Origin: Chrysomallon squamiferum
Taxonomy: Eukaryota > Animalia > Mollusca
Length of the DNA: 64,000 nt
Direction of reading: 5' to 3'
NCBI GenBank assembly: GCA_012295275.1
Contig: CM022675.1
Span: 2,976,001 to 3,040,000, forward strand
In this document: in pieces, positions 26,830-42,721 of the stretch
Layout of the letters: the number at the start of each line of letters is the position of its first letter
Numbering within the stretch: position 1 is the stretch's first letter
Program-made: the position numbers and the translations under genes
Notes under the pieces: generated by a model
Told to the model about the DNA's origin: nothing
Database searches by the model: none
Seen by the model: only the letters and a program-made list of their open reading frames with translations

Positions 26830-28839
26830 CATTATTATTATTATTTATATATTTATTATTATTATTTTTTTTTTGTTGATATTTCTGATAATAATAATAA
26901 CAGTAGCAGTAGTAGTAATAGTAGTAGTGGTACTGGTGTTTTTTTTTCACATAATTATTCTAAACAAACTTAAATAATACTCGTTTCAATTCTTTAATTA
27001 AATAAAATGATTATTTTATTTCAGATGAAACACTCAATATAAACATTACACAAAACGGCTGTGTCATGTTACAAAAATCCTCAAACGGCAAAATTTCATT
27101 TTCAATTAGTAACTGCAGTATGCACCACCCCGCCATTTGTATTAATAGTAAGTATTATTTATTTATTTATTTATACACAGATATTTGTGCTGTATTTTAA
27201 TCATTACTAAAACGAACGATTCAATGGATACCATAAATAATATAAAATATGCAACTGCATCCAGTTGTTAGCGCTAACCACTGAGTCTTTGAAAATCTGA
27301 ACCTACAATCTTCTTTTCTTTTTCTGAACACACCGATTAACTTTTTTATCACCACCTACTGGATATTAAACTTTATATTATATTATATTATATTAAATAT
27401 CTTCAAAGGTTTTCAGCTACGGTATTCGTCGATGAACCTATTGATCTTTTATTTGCTTCTTATTACAAACAGAAGTTTATTCACACTGAAGTTGATAAAT
27501 AATTTATGAAGCACTGGATGAAACAAGCAATAGCCCATTGTGCACTGACAGTTACATAAATAATAGTAATCGTTAGAGACAGTATGGTCAGTGTATGGTA
27601 GTAAATTTACGTTCACATTTATTTTAATATTGTCCATAAAATTATTTTCAAAAATATAGTTACATATTTTATATATTACAGATTCGAATTTTGGAGCATG
27701 TAACAATTCAAATCCAGGTATTAATACTAATGTACTTTTACTAAACTAACAAGTGTATTTTAGTTATTAATATTAATTTACTTTAATGAATGTGTTTGCA
27801 TAAAAACTGCATAAGAAACATATATTTTATTTACCTTTGTATAAAAACAAAATTATTATTATTTTTAAATTGCAAATCCTTGCTGTGAAATTTACCTATA
27901 TAATACTAACCTTAACCGAAACTGATTTAAAGCAATTATATTATTAACAGAATAGTCAACTCATTATTTATAATTATTTAAATTGTCACCATATTTATTC
28001 TTTTATATATATTTTTCTTATTTATTTATTTATGTAGGTGTTGCTGTGGGTGTTTCTGTTACTCTAATTCTACTCGTAGTTGGAGCTGTTGTTGTGACAG
28101 TTTGGATGAAAAGGTAAACATAAAAATACTTCTATTTTATACTTTTCAAGCTTATTTAAAAAATCGTTTATTTTTATTTTAATTTTTTAATTTTTTTAGA
28201 TCACATAAATTTTGTTTCAAGACTAAACCAGAAAGCAGCATGACTAGACGAACCAGATCTGTGAATCAGCAAAACTTGTCAGATTACGATGAGATCAAAC
28301 CAGGAACTGATTCAAATTACGAGTTTGAAACTCTAACAGATGTTACCATGGCAACCAAACCAAAGTCTAGTGACTATGAACTGGCGGCTGATGTGAATGC
28401 AGCGAATGTTCAGACAACCAACAACTACAACAACATCAGTGATGATGACTACATCGTCCTAGATGAAAGCAATCCAGTTAAATCAAGTTCTGATGTCTAC
28501 AGTCAGGTAAACAAGATAAAGAAGAACAAAACATCTGGGCTACACATCGTTGACAATCAGAACGACAACCACACTGACATCACCGTTGAAGGTGATTATG
28601 ATACAGCTGACTCAAAACCAAAGTCCATGTCTACTCATGACAAAACATACAACCACATCGGAGACGTCATGGAAGGTGAATACGATACAACAGCACCAAA
28701 GTCGACATCTTCTCATGATGAGACATACAACCACATCGCTGCTGTGACTGAAGATGACTACAACACCGCTGACATGGATCTGAAAAAAGCTGACTACACC
28801 AGTGATGATTACAGCCACCTTGATTCTGTGAGAGGTTGA
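24360..28839 (+). CDS. Gene B: intact CTLD(WSC-inserted)-CTLD single-pass receptor with long 13-Tyr cytoplasmic tail, 579 aa
   Basis: Exons 24360-24438 (signal peptide MAELWITNRLLLTIFVWILFQLFSTS), 24777-24944 (VTWDTAF..YWIGAK..WIW), 25201-25355, 25692-25827 (WSC: [30 protein letters not shown]), 25943-26071 (CGYI..C..FVC), 26464-26661, 27025-27147 (CTLD2), 27682-27717, 28038-28113 (TM GVAVGVSVTLILLVVGAVVVTVWMKR), 28200-28839. All introns are GT-AG with consistent phases; total 1740 nt, no internal stop. Confidence 0.88.
24650..24740. repeat. (GA)n microsatellite in intron 1 of gene B
   Basis: ~45 GA units. A GA tract sits at the same intronic position in A, C, D (55121-55222) and E. Confidence 0.95.
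26314..26399. repeat. 86-bp perfect palindrome
   Basis: tttactgcaaacaccaatttacaaagataattagttc-(at)6-gaactaattatctttgtaaattggtgtttgcagtaaa. Confidence 0.92.
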
Positions 28840-29390
28840 TTATGTTTCCACAACACGTAATACTCTTTCTTATTATTAACAAGATATGTACCCTCTCATA
28901 GACAGGAAAACCAGTCACTTGGTAATATGTTGTGTGTGACCAGCTCTGAATTACACAAATGTAACAAAAAATTACTTTTGTCTTCTACGATCCTTCAGTT
29001 GCACGCGCACACACACACACACACACACATACACACATACACACATACATTAATTATTGTTGGTTTCTCTTTAATTTGTAAACCACTCCTCCTTTTCTCA
29101 AAATATTTTATCATCAAGGAAGTGAAGACTGTTCAAAACTGATATTAACAGACAGACAATCATTTTACAATAATCGGAAATATTAGGAAACATGTCAACA
29201 TCAGGGGTTGGAACTGGAATTAGTAAAATAAGTGACAATTTTAGCTGTGAAGAGTAGTTGTATATCTCTGTGAATAATTAATAGTTTGCAATTAATCAGT
29301 AAGCAAAATATTGTTTAATGATACAATTTTTTGTTCTGCTATTAGGTGCCAAATATAACTGTGTGTGTATATTTCTGTAATGAGATAGAC

Positions 29391-29423
<33 letters not shown>

Positions 29424-31376
29424 TAGATAGACAGATAGCTTCACAGATAGACACACAGACAGATAGATAGATAATTAGACATAGAAAACAGAGATGTATG
29501 GGTCTACATATGTATACAGATATACATAGAATATGATATAAATAAATCTGCATGCAGAGATGTGTGCAAATGTGTATATATTCAAACGTACATAAATGTA
29601 TATATTTCGTCTGTATGTATGTATGTGTGTATGCATGAGTATAAACTACATCTATCTGTATATCTGTTTCTGTGAGCATGTGTTTTTGTACAGTCAATTT
29701 ATAATTTAAAGTAATAGATACAAGAGTTATCTGGTTTGCATTAGAACAGTTTATATTGAAACCTCTCCTATCTCTCAGTTTTTATCATGAAATACAATTC
29801 ACAGCAAATTTAGAGAAAACAAACAACAAAAAAACATTTCCTTGTAAGAAAAAGTTTTTCTTGGAACCTCAGAATGAAGCTACTGTATTTTGTAGTTTTT
29901 TATAGAAACAAATAGATTTAAAATAAACAAAAATCACCTAGATTAATTGGCTAGTTATAATTGCATAAGAATATTTGATTGGATAGTATATATACTTTAT
30001 GTACAAAAATAAATCACTTACAACTGCTTATCCTGTCATAGACTTGTCAATGACTACAACACTAAATTTAACACAATAATCAACTTACTATACACAACCA
30101 ATTTCTCTTGTTTTTAACGTTACAATATTAAACATTATTTCATAATGATACAGTAAACTGGACTGACACAGTTTTATACTGCAAAACATTCATCCATGAC
30201 ACAGCTAATATAAGCCAACACTTTCATTACAGAGTTGTAGCAAGTTCATTCCTAACAATACATTTTCTATTTCATAAATTCTTTATAGATAAAATCTTAA
30301 GACAATTAAATTAACTAACTAGATAATGATTGGACAGGTCAAATATGATTTATTATTATTATTCTTTCTATTTGTTATTTTTATTTGTTATTATTCTTTT
30401 AAATTACTTTTTTTATAATATCTACTTTAAACTTGTTCTCTTTACTAACAAAGTTACAGGTGCGATTTATATTATTTAAAAATGAAACTAAAACATAACT
30501 ACACAAAAACTAAAAAATTAAACAAATCATATTATTATCCTGCATATAGATAAACCTGGTGTATATAACTGGTATTAACTAATTCTTGTTTATAGCAAAT
30601 TTGCTCTCACATTCTCATATAAACATCAGCCAAGTTAATACAATCATTTGAAAATATAAAACGAAGCCAGTATATTTCTGCTTAGTATATAAATTATATT
30701 ATGAATTTATACCCTTTTATAACACAATAACAATAGTGTTAAACAGAAAGTTAATAAAATTAATGAACCACTAAGAATGAAGGCAGTCTAATACCAAACA
30801 TTTTTATTTTTAAATTAGATCAATAGAAAAAGCTGATCTAATGATAGATTCTAAGATACACTGTCAGAACTGTGTAAAGATTCTAACTTTTGACAATCAT
30901 TTTTTATCAATCCAATTTTGTGAGCATTATTTTAATTTATACGCTTTGATAACTTCAATATCAATCATCTAAAAAGTTAAGTTCTGTGTTTTAGACCAAA
31001 CTGATTCTAAGCCCTTCTTTTTGTACTGTTTCTTTAATAAAATGATTATGTATTTTTATATAACGAATAAAATATTTTTCAACAAATCCTGGTTTTTTTT
31101 TTAATCATTTCTGAGTTTGCTTTTGTTGTATGCTTTTTTATTAACGATGATATATTTGATATTAAACATACTAAAATAATAAAAGTTTATCTCATACTAA
31201 ACTTTCTGAAATTGCATAGCATAATTCATTTTATTTCATGATTGAAGAAATATATGGACTATTTGAAGACATTAAAAATATTTGGTTATGTTAAAGCAAC
31301 TTTTTAACACCATTTTAAAATTAGTAAAAATTAAGAAATATTAATACAAATAATAATAATAATAATCATAATAATC

Positions 31377-31471
<95 letters not shown>

Positions 31472-33166
31472 TTTATTTGTATTGTTATAAATTTAAATAT
31501 TTGAATATAAAAAAATAAAACTGATAAAGGCATGCTGTATGGTGTTTAATTTGAAATATTTTCTCAGTGATTATTTTTCAAAATTATTTCACTGATCTGA
31601 TGCACAAAAGTGATTTTTTTGTTCCAAGTTAACACAATAAAATATTCATAAAAATAAAATTGTTTAATAAAAATAGTCAAAAAAGAAGTAAATAAACAGC
31701 AGTAAAACACAATTCATTCTTCACAGAATAACATTTTAAAAATGTCTCATAAAATATTATTAAAAATACAAATTTGTCTGACATCGAGGTAAACACTTTT
31801 ATTTTTACTTTTTTATTATTATTTATTTTATAATCAAGTGTAAAGAGTATTTCGTGCTTGTGAAAATTTGTATAATTTCGACTGTTTTTGTATACTTCCT
31901 CTATCTTTTCCAAAATTTGACATTATAAAACAATCATTTGTATATTTGTTCTATTGTTTATAATGCATTAATAACTTAACAATAGTGAAGTCAAAAACAA
32001 AGTTCTTTGGGTCACGCCAAACTTTTTGAGTTCATCGCATTATTATAATTCATAAACACTGAAATAGCTTGACAAATACAAACTGTGTGGTATGTGATGC
32101 TCTGTTTAAATTCTTCTATCACAAACCTTGAACATCACAAAGTCAACATGAATAAAACTTTTAACGTGTGTTAGCCTTTTTACATTCGAACACACCACAC
32201 AACAAATTTATTTCAGTAATATTTGTGATTGTTTCTATTTGTACGTCACAAACTTCAAATTAACTTCATGATATCACAGTGTTTACACAAGTATATCTCA
32301 GTTTACTGATCACACAATCATGAATGGTAATATCTATGACACTTTATATATATTTTACTGTTTTTTATACAAATTTAATTGTTTGTTATGAGACTAAAAT
32401 CAAGTTTAACAAATATTTTTAAAATTCAAAAATCAGTTTGAGCTGAAAGAAATATTATTATACAAAAATTTGTTTCGGAAATAAATGAAAATAAATAGGT
32501 AACCTGTCTTTTTAAGTCAAGCATGTCTGTACCCACATACAAACACGCACATAATCACAACTGAATTTCAAAAGCAGATGTAACATTCTATGGAAATTCT
32601 ACTTGTAAATAAAACAATTCTAACATCTGATATTTTCATTCTGTCATACAATTTAAATTTTGTTGTTTTTCTTCACTTTTGAAACACTTCAGTTTTCTTA
32701 TCTTCACATATATTTATATACAGGTTTACTAATTGCCCGTGTATTGTTTGTAAGATATATATAGTTTTTAATTATATAAATCTCAGAATTTATTTATTTT
32801 AATTTTTATTTTTTTATTTATTTATCTATTTATTTCAAGGAAATTAAAATCAGCACTTGTAACTTTACAACGTTAAAGGCCCAATCACACCATTAAAATG
32901 CTATACTGATTGAGTCTCCAGATTACGTTATCTTTTAAGTTACTATGAAGACTGAGCCTCCGATTGGAACTTATTTTGTACTCCAGCATTTTCAATTAAA
33001 ATAAATAAAAAGACTGAGCATTCGATAAAACAATGTGGGTGTCCTGATAATGATTTAATTCCTGTGAGGATTTTAATTTTTGTTTTCTTATAAACTTAAA
33101 TGCATATTAAGAATTAAGACACTTATTATTAGTTCTCTCTACTGTGTAACACGTTACATTATTTCA

Positions 33167-33414
33167 CAAAATAACAGTGACATTTTTAAAACCACTAAAA
33201 TATATTTGTAAGAAATAAAACTCTAAACAAAACAGTAACAGAGATCACATACACATTAAAAATACATTTTATATAGTTGTAGTTTGGGTGTTTCTCAGTA
33301 AATTTATATAAAATGTATTTTTAATGTAAGTCTGATCTCTGTTACTGTTTAGTTTACAGTCGCATTTCATAGAAATATATTTTAGTGGTTTTAAAAAAAG
33401 TCACTGTTATTTTG
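33167..33414. mobile_element. Fold-back/MITE-like inverted repeat (~108-bp arms)
   Basis: caaaataacagtgacatttttaaaaccactaaaatatattt..aaaaatacattttatata pairs with tatataaaatgtattttt..aaatatattttagtggttttaaaa..gtcactgttattttg. Confidence 0.7.
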
Positions 33415-33885
33415 TTGTGTTTTTTGCATGGTTGTAGTTTGTGTTAATAGACAAGTAAATTATTCAAAATGATCGTTTCTTTTTTCCCCTTTTTTCTTCA
33501 TACGCGCACGCACGCACGCACATTTTGCTATTGAATAAAAAGTCTAAATTACTTTTACATTGTTTAAAATTTTTACTTTAATGATTTTCACCTGTCTTTG
33601 ATAATAAATAAATTAGAACAGTAACATAAACATACTACGAAATATTTGAATTCCGCCATTTTCCCATGTTCTGATTATAATACTGTGACCATGTTTCTAT
33701 TTAAAACAATTAAATGACTGCAGTGCACTGCTTTATTTTAAATTGATTAATCTGTGTTTTAGCAAATTCCTAAATAAGCTATTTAATGAAATGTAAAAAC
33801 TAAAATATTTGTGACTATGCAGTACGTGTGTAAAAGTTTTATTTTAACTAGCAGATCGAGTATTTCACTCAGTGAAAGTTTATTA

Positions 33886-34598
33886 CTTTTAATTTTCAGC
33901 GTTTGAGCGGATTACTCAGTAAACGCGTTCCGTTTCACGTGGCACGTTCATGTACTCATTTTGAGAACTTTGAGCCATGTTGAGTCACCTGCAATAAGAA
34001 AAACAAAACTGTCTGTCGTGTAGAAAACAAAATATTAAATTTATGATCAAAATTATTTTAAAATAAATTAAAATAACATGAATTAAACAAAATATTTCCA
34101 GGAAATATGAAATAATCATAACAAAAGAAAACATTATTACATAAATAAAAAATTTATCTAAAACCATGTTATCAACCAAGAAAGGTAACTCTATTTGCCT
34201 TTAAATCTAAACAACAGCGACGACTGCGCATGTTGCTAAAACCGTAAGGACTGTTACAGAAACACGAACAGCGACGTCTGCCAAAAAATGTAAATTTATA
34301 AAATACAAGAACAAAAATAAAATGAAGTCGTATTACTAAATAAGAAACATTCGCTAAAATCAACGTTTCCAAAGAGAAGAAGTAGCACATTTTCTGTTCA
34401 CTGATTATAATGACAAATACTTACTCATCAAGAACAAGTTTGTTAATTTTTTCTATAGTTAACGAAATAAAGAACGTTTATATTAATTTTGAAATAATAA
34501 AGTTAAATTTAATAATGATACATTATTCATAGAGTTACCTGAATTTGTTGATTCTGTTTTACTTAAAACCTTCTGTGTGCTTCTACTTGAACTTTGAC
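33886..34598 (-). pseudogene. Fragment F: 3' remnant (stalk, TM and short-tail exons) of a C/E-type receptor gene
   Basis: Stalk exon 34598-34539 GQSSSRSTQKVLSKTESTNS. TM exon 34277-34198 with TAG/TAA and a GC donor. Tail [39 protein letters not shown] matches the gene C tail. No ectodomain exons were seen upstream. Confidence 0.82.
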
Positions 34599-35893
34599 CT
34601 ATAAAAGGTAGCTGTATCTAATTTAACCCAATGAAAAATGTTCTTATACTCTTAAAAATATCTACTGAGAATATTAATACACATTAAAATGTTAATTTTA
34701 GCTTTGTTTGGAGTTCATCCAGCAAAAGTTCGTTGGAAGAAACATGCCCAAACGTTTTGTTAAAGATCAGTTAAATTTAGGCGACCTGTTTAAACAAAAT
34801 CGCGTGCACGGTCGCACACGCATATACACGCAAACAAAAACAACAACAACAACAAAAATACTTACGTTTTAGATTTTTTAGACATTTCAGTTAAAACAGG
34901 AAGTAAATAATAAAATCGAAGAAGGTATATATAGACATACATAAATATATATATAATCATGAAATAAAGATTTTCCGCGTTTCTCTCTGTCTCTTGCCAT
35001 ATATTATGATTAAATAGGAATTAAAATGAGCAAATATGCAACGCAAAATGCCAAATACCTATTCTGAAGAAAATAAATAAAAACGAGACGAGGTAAAATA
35101 ATAAGAAGAAAGTAAGAAAATGAATGAATAAATAATAATAATAATTTAAAAAGCACAGTGAAACTTTGAGACAGTAATAATGACAAGAGCGGCAACAACA
35201 ACAGAAACAGCACCAAAATATTAAGTAGAAAAACAACAACAACATATAGTTGTTTGTATGTTTTAATACATATAAATCCATTCAATTTATCTATGTCAGT
35301 TGTGTCATGTTCTAAAGTTAATGTATTTTGTGGAACCTACAAAAGACATGTATACACTTTGTCTTAAAATCTTTAAAACATACGACAAAAAAATATGAGT
35401 AAATAATCAAATGTGGTATCATTTCACAATGTAACAAATCCTTTTTTTAACCTTTGTAATTCGATGCTTCGATGCTTCGAAGTTTTTTGTAGAAAATACA
35501 TCTTAATAGATCACTTCCTGTTTACAGTTTTCAGGTTACAACCGGCAAAATCAAACTTCTAAGGTTTGTTTAATTTATAATTCTTAGCTTTTGTCACCTT
35601 TGACAGGTCGTGACAGGTGACTGGATAAATATTAACTTTTATGTGTTTTTTTTAATTTTTTAATATTTATCGAATGTTAGAATCTTTTAAACATTCGCTC
35701 GAATGTCTCGTCTGATCCTCGCATTACCTCACTGTGAGGCAGTGCAGTGTGCAAGAGCGAGGCAAATAATAATAAAATAAAACAAAAATAAATAATAATT
35801 CAGTACTAATAAATTTGTATACATCTGGAATGATGTTATTAGCTGACTGTTAATTATCATTATAATTACATTGTGAAATTACGATCCTTAAAC

Positions 35894-35954
<61 letters not shown>

Positions 35955-36320
35955 GACAAAACATTAAGTACATATTACCAGATTATGGTCTTTAATGTTT
36001 GTTGATAACTTCAATTACAAATTATTTCTTTCTAGAAATGTGTATCAAAGTGTATGTAAATAAAAAAAAAAATAAAAAAAAAGATAAAAGAAATTATAGT
36101 TACAAACTAAAGAAAAAAGAAATGCAGTTTATGAAATTCCATTGCATATTATTCATTCTTATTGTTTGAATTTAAGATAAAGTTTAATTTCTTAATTAAT
36201 AATACACATTAGTAATGGAAAATTAATCTATGTATTTTCCTTTCAGGATGAAGATAAGAAAGTTTATGACTTTCTCAAAGATATGCACTTTTTGGTTACA
36301 TTTTGAACAACTGCTGCACT

Positions 36321-37235
<915 letters not shown>

Positions 37236-37479
37236 GTAATTTTATCTTTATGTTTTATGTATATAAATTATTTATAATATTATTTCTATAATTTTCAGTT
37301 ATTTATTGTTATTGTTAGTTTTTATTGTTGTTAATTTCATTCCTTTACTCGTAGTTTTACTAAAATTTTATCATTGTCATTGTTATTTATGTCATTGTTG
37401 TAATAGTTAAATGGTGTATCTACCTTTTTTAATATGTATATGTGTGTTTGTGCTGTATTTAGATATGTGTGTGAGTGTC

Positions 37480-37512
<33 letters not shown>

Positions 37513-38201
37513 GTACATACATGCATGTGTATATATAACTATATATGGGTATGTGTTTCATTGTGTATATATGTTTACATATAATAATTTGTGCACAAAA
37601 CACACACACACAAACACAAACATGAATATAAGCATGCAGACTTTCATACACTGTATAATAATTATTCTGTGAATGCTGTCTACCTTACTGTTTGTTTTTC
37701 ATTTTATCTTTCTTATTTCTTCAGTAGACCTCTTTTTCTTTTTCTTTCTTTCTGTTTTCTTAGTGTGGTTGTTTGATACACGTAACAAACTGAAAGATGC
37801 AAGCTAATTTAAAATTCAAAATTCATAATTTAAAGACAGCAATAAAGAAACAGAAGGATTTGAAAAAATAAAATATAAAATAAAACATACAAAAAACAAG
37901 CAGATAGAGATACTAGCAAGTTTATTTGAAGTTGATGTCTAAGTTAGTATCTTTCTAGCAGAGCAGACACACTTTCTGATTTGATAGAGATAAAGGATTA
38001 TTAATGTACAAAGTCTGATGTAAGATTTTAAGCAGTTACTAACAATAAACATATTTAACACTGAAACCTCTCTTTAATAGCTATTTTCATATATCATTCA
38101 AGTTTTTCTGCTTATATCTTTTTACAAAATCAATCTTCCTGAAAAAAGCAGGTGTTGTTAAAAATAGATGTTTTACTTCCTTGTGCAGTTAACAGGGTGT
38201 C

Positions 38202-39270
38202 ATGGCTGATCTATGGGGTACAAGTCGTCTGCTTCTTACAACTTTTGGCCTGATTTTCTCTCAACTGTTCTCTGCATCAGGTAAAATATTTATCTTTTCT
38301 TATTGCATGTAATTAAATAGCTTTTATAAAGTCATCAAATTTATTTATAGATGAAATAAAATTATATTACATAAACATGTACCTACCTACCTACCTACCT
38401 ACCTACATACATATACCATTATCTGAATTTAAAACCTATTTTATTTTTTTTATTTTTTTTACACCTAACTAAATAGCTTTAATAAGAAAGAGAGAGAGAA
38501 TGTTTGTTTTATAAGTAAATATATTTCATTACAGCTACTCTGCGTGTATTAAATGATGTCACATGGGATAAAGCGTTTTATACATGTCATCAACATGGAG
38601 AACAGCTGTACAATGCATCAGATATTACATCACTGAGTGATGTCACAGCTGGATCTTACTGGATTGGAGCTAAAGTTCAGTACAGTTCATGGATGTGGAC
38701 AGGTGAAATAAATTATTAATTTGTTTTACTGTGCAGTTAAGATCACAAAACCTAAAGAAATACAGATGAAAAGTTATGATTAATGTGAATATTCATTATA
38801 TTAAATTTATATTACTGTTTAATATGAACAAGGTAATTTGCTTATTTACCAAATATAATTAATGCATTTAGTATTTTGTATTTATTAATGTTATATCCTG
38901 TAAAATGAAAAACAATATGTGTGTATGTGTGTATATGTATCAGTGCATGTGTCTGCATATGTGTGTGTGGATGTTGGCATGTTTGTGTGTGTCAGACTAA
39001 TTTAATAAACAAAGTTATTCCTTATATTTTAACTTTTAAGTTTGTTTTACAGCGGATAACACACCACTGTTTGATTACGTTGGAGAAGTGAATGAATCAC
39101 AGTCTGAACTGTTTTATCAAATCAAATATGACATACAGGCAAGCCGATGTTACTACGAATGTAGAACAAATAAAACTTATGCACATGATGTACTATGTGT
39201 TGGTTTGCAGGTTAGTAACATAAATTAAATACACACTCACCCCCTACCCCTCACACACATCCTCACACAC

Positions 39271-39369
<99 letters not shown>

Positions 39370-42300
39370 TATATACTAATATAAATATACTTCGATGTAC
39401 TTTATGTTGGATTGCAGGTTGGTGACATGAATTAAATAAATATTTAATGCACACTCGCAGCCTGAACAGTATTTTGAAATGGAAAATAAAGAAGAAAAAA
39501 GAAAAGAATACTGGTAAATTACAAATATAGCTTGTTTCATTTATCAAAATGAGAAGTTTTAAAGAAAAACGAACTCAACATTTGAACAAGATTTATTAAT
39601 AAACATATTTTTTTAAGAAGTCTATGTTTACTAAAACTTAATTTTCTGTCTTTTTTATATAGTAAATTCTGGAGTTTTCATGTTTCCATTAGAAGAGTAT
39701 CGCTCACACAGTATTCTAGTTTCATAATTATTTCAAGTTCAACATGTTCTTTCTTTTCATATTATTTTATCTAGTAAACACATATGTTAAATATAGTAAA
39801 TGAAAATACATACCTTGTGACAGCTATTTTCCACCTTTTAAAATGGGATAGTTGCCTGATCACTTTCTGAAGGTAAAGTGTTACAAACAAAAGCCGATTA
39901 ATTTAAAACATTTAATCCATTTCAAAAAGTCAGACACATAAATACATACATACATACTATGATTCCAAAAATGTTGTGTATTTTATCATATGCAGTTTAT
40001 GTTATTAAAAAAAAAAAAAAAAAATTCATCATCATTATTTTTGTTATTGTAAATGTTTGTATTACAGAGAGCAAAATGTTACTGTTTTAACTGGAGAAGT
40101 TTATATCAGATTTCACGTGGATCTGTTCAAACAGAAAATAAAACTGGTTGTTTGGGAAACTTCAAAGAAAACTGTGGGACTGAAAATACAATAAGTGTTT
40201 ATAAAACAGGTAACATTTTATTCATGTATTACTGCTGCCATTACTGCAGCTACCACTGCTACTAATATTACTATTATTACTTTATTACTACTATTACTAT
40301 TGTTATTAGTATTACTATAACTACTTCTACTACTACTATTACTCTGATCCTGTTACTACTATCACTTCTATTACACATATTATTACTATTGTTATCGCTT
40401 TTTTTATTAATGATACTACTCCTATTATCTACATATATTACTACCACTATTACAACCGTTTGCTACTACTGCTACTATTTCTAATACTGACACTACTATT
40501 ACTACTGTTACTTCTAACTATTACACATATTACTACTACTGTTGTTATTACTCCTCCTATTATATACCTTTACTATGTAGAATTACTAAGAGTTATAACT
40601 GTTTGTGTTTCCATCACTACTGTTATTCCTACTGTTACTATTATTATCAGTAAAATAAAATACTACAACAAGTACTAGTGAAAATTACTACTATTATAAT
40701 TGTTTGTGCTTCTGTTACTACTATTGGGTCATTCTGTGTCAAATCACCCCCCAAAAAAAGAAATTTAAACCCGACCGTCTCAGATTTTTATAAAACTTGG
40801 TATACTTGTTGACTGGGATCCCTCAGCACCAAATCTGGAATTTTAGCTCAATCAGACCAGTGGTGTGGGACATACGGCCCACCGAATTTTGAGATTTTTG
40901 CCAAAAATGGGTGTGACCACCAACCTTAGAACCCTTATATCTCATGAACTACTGGGCCAATCTTCATAAAATTGGTATTGTTAGAAAGACAAAACGACAA
41001 GGATTCCAAATCTGCCATTTTTGTTTAGTTTGGAAAATATTGGAGTACCTTGACCTTTTGACCTTTGCTATGACCTTGAAATTGACCATGTGGATTGCGT
41101 GATCTTGAGATGACCTTTATTGAAATTTAATCTCCCACATGTTAACTAAAACATATAAAAGTTTCCTGGGTGTAATATTTTTTGTTTAGCCACAATATAG
41201 ATTTAAAAAATGCACATACATGAAAATAACACCTTTTCAGCCATTAACATCTGATTAGCTAAAACCTGAATGATCAATTCTGGATGCTAGGGATCACCAT
41301 CTTTCTTGATCATCGAGTAAAACATTGTAGGCCTACATGTATGCATAAAGTTCACATATAAAAGTTTCCTGGGTATATTTTTTGTTTAGCCATAATAGAG
41401 ATTTAAAAAAACGCATACCTGCATGGATTATTTGTTATCCTTGTCATTTTGCCTTTCTAACAATACCAATTTTATGAAGATTGGCCCAGTAGTTCCTGAG
41501 ATATGAGGGTTCTAAGGTTGGTGGTCACACCCATTTTTGCAAAAATCGCAAAATTTGGTGGGCCATATCTCCCACACCACAGGTCTGATTGAGCTAAAAT
41601 TTCAGATTTGGTGCTGTGGGATCGCAGTCAACAAGTATACCAAGTTTCATAAAAATCTGAGACGGTCGGGTTTAAACCATTGGGTGATTTGACACGGAAT
41701 GACCCTATTACTATTATTATCAGTAAAATAAAATAATACAAGTACTGCTACTACTGTACTAGTGAAAATTACTAGTACTGTAATTCTCTGCTTTTATTAC
41801 TACTATTATTACTATTACTACTATTAAATCTGTGCTTCTATTACTACTATTATTCCTACTATTAGTATTATTATCAGTAAAATAAATACTACAAAAAGTA
41901 CTAGTGAAAATTACTACTATTAAAACTGTTTGTGCTTCTATTACTACTATTATTTCTACTATTACTATCATCAGTAAAATAAAATACTACAAGTAGTACT
42001 GTCATTTACATTGTACATTACTACTATTAAAACTTTTTGTGCTTCTATTACTACTATTATTCTTACTATTACTATTATTATCTGTAAAATAAAATACTAC
42101 AAGAAATACTGTTACTAGTAAAAATTACTACTATTATTACTCTCTGTGCTTCTTTTACTAGTTATTCCTACTATTAGTAGTATTATATGTAAAAGAAAAA
42201 ACTACAAGTACTGCCATGTACAGTGATTACTACTACTATAACTCTTTATGCTTCTGTTACTTCTGTTTCTATTACTATATCAGCTACTGTCATTACAACA

Positions 42301-42672
42301 ACAACTACTACTACTACTAATAATAATAATAGCAATTTTTTGTATAGGTTTTATTACAGATCTGGATATTCAAGATCTCTGTGGATATGCTTATTCTGAC
42401 ACATACCGACCGATTGTGAAAAGTGATGATTGTTACACAAAGAAGAGATTTATTTGTAACTGTTAGTTTGTAAGTCCATTGTGTTATAAAATATGAAATA
42501 CGTAAACATGTTCACACATTTTATTCTTCTTTAACAGTTTCTCTACTATGTACTTTGTCTTCAGCTTAAAGAAAAATCATAAAGAAAATTGGAAACAAGT
42601 GAAAACTAATGAAAAGAAACTGACAGAAAAATTATGTTTTTATTAGTTTTTCTTACAAGAATGACAGATGAC

Positions 42673-42721
<49 letters not shown>

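Noticed and set aside
6434-28839. WSC receptors as Kremen-like Wnt co-receptors functionally linked to the adjacent frizzled
   Set aside because: No kringle or CUB domain is present, and the two regions are joined only across a 200-N scaffold gap, so their true adjacency is unknown.
28240-28839. ORFs 28240-28839 and 47046-47753 as stand-alone genes
   Set aside because: They are the terminal cytoplasmic exons of genes B and D, downstream of TM exons ending in phase 2.
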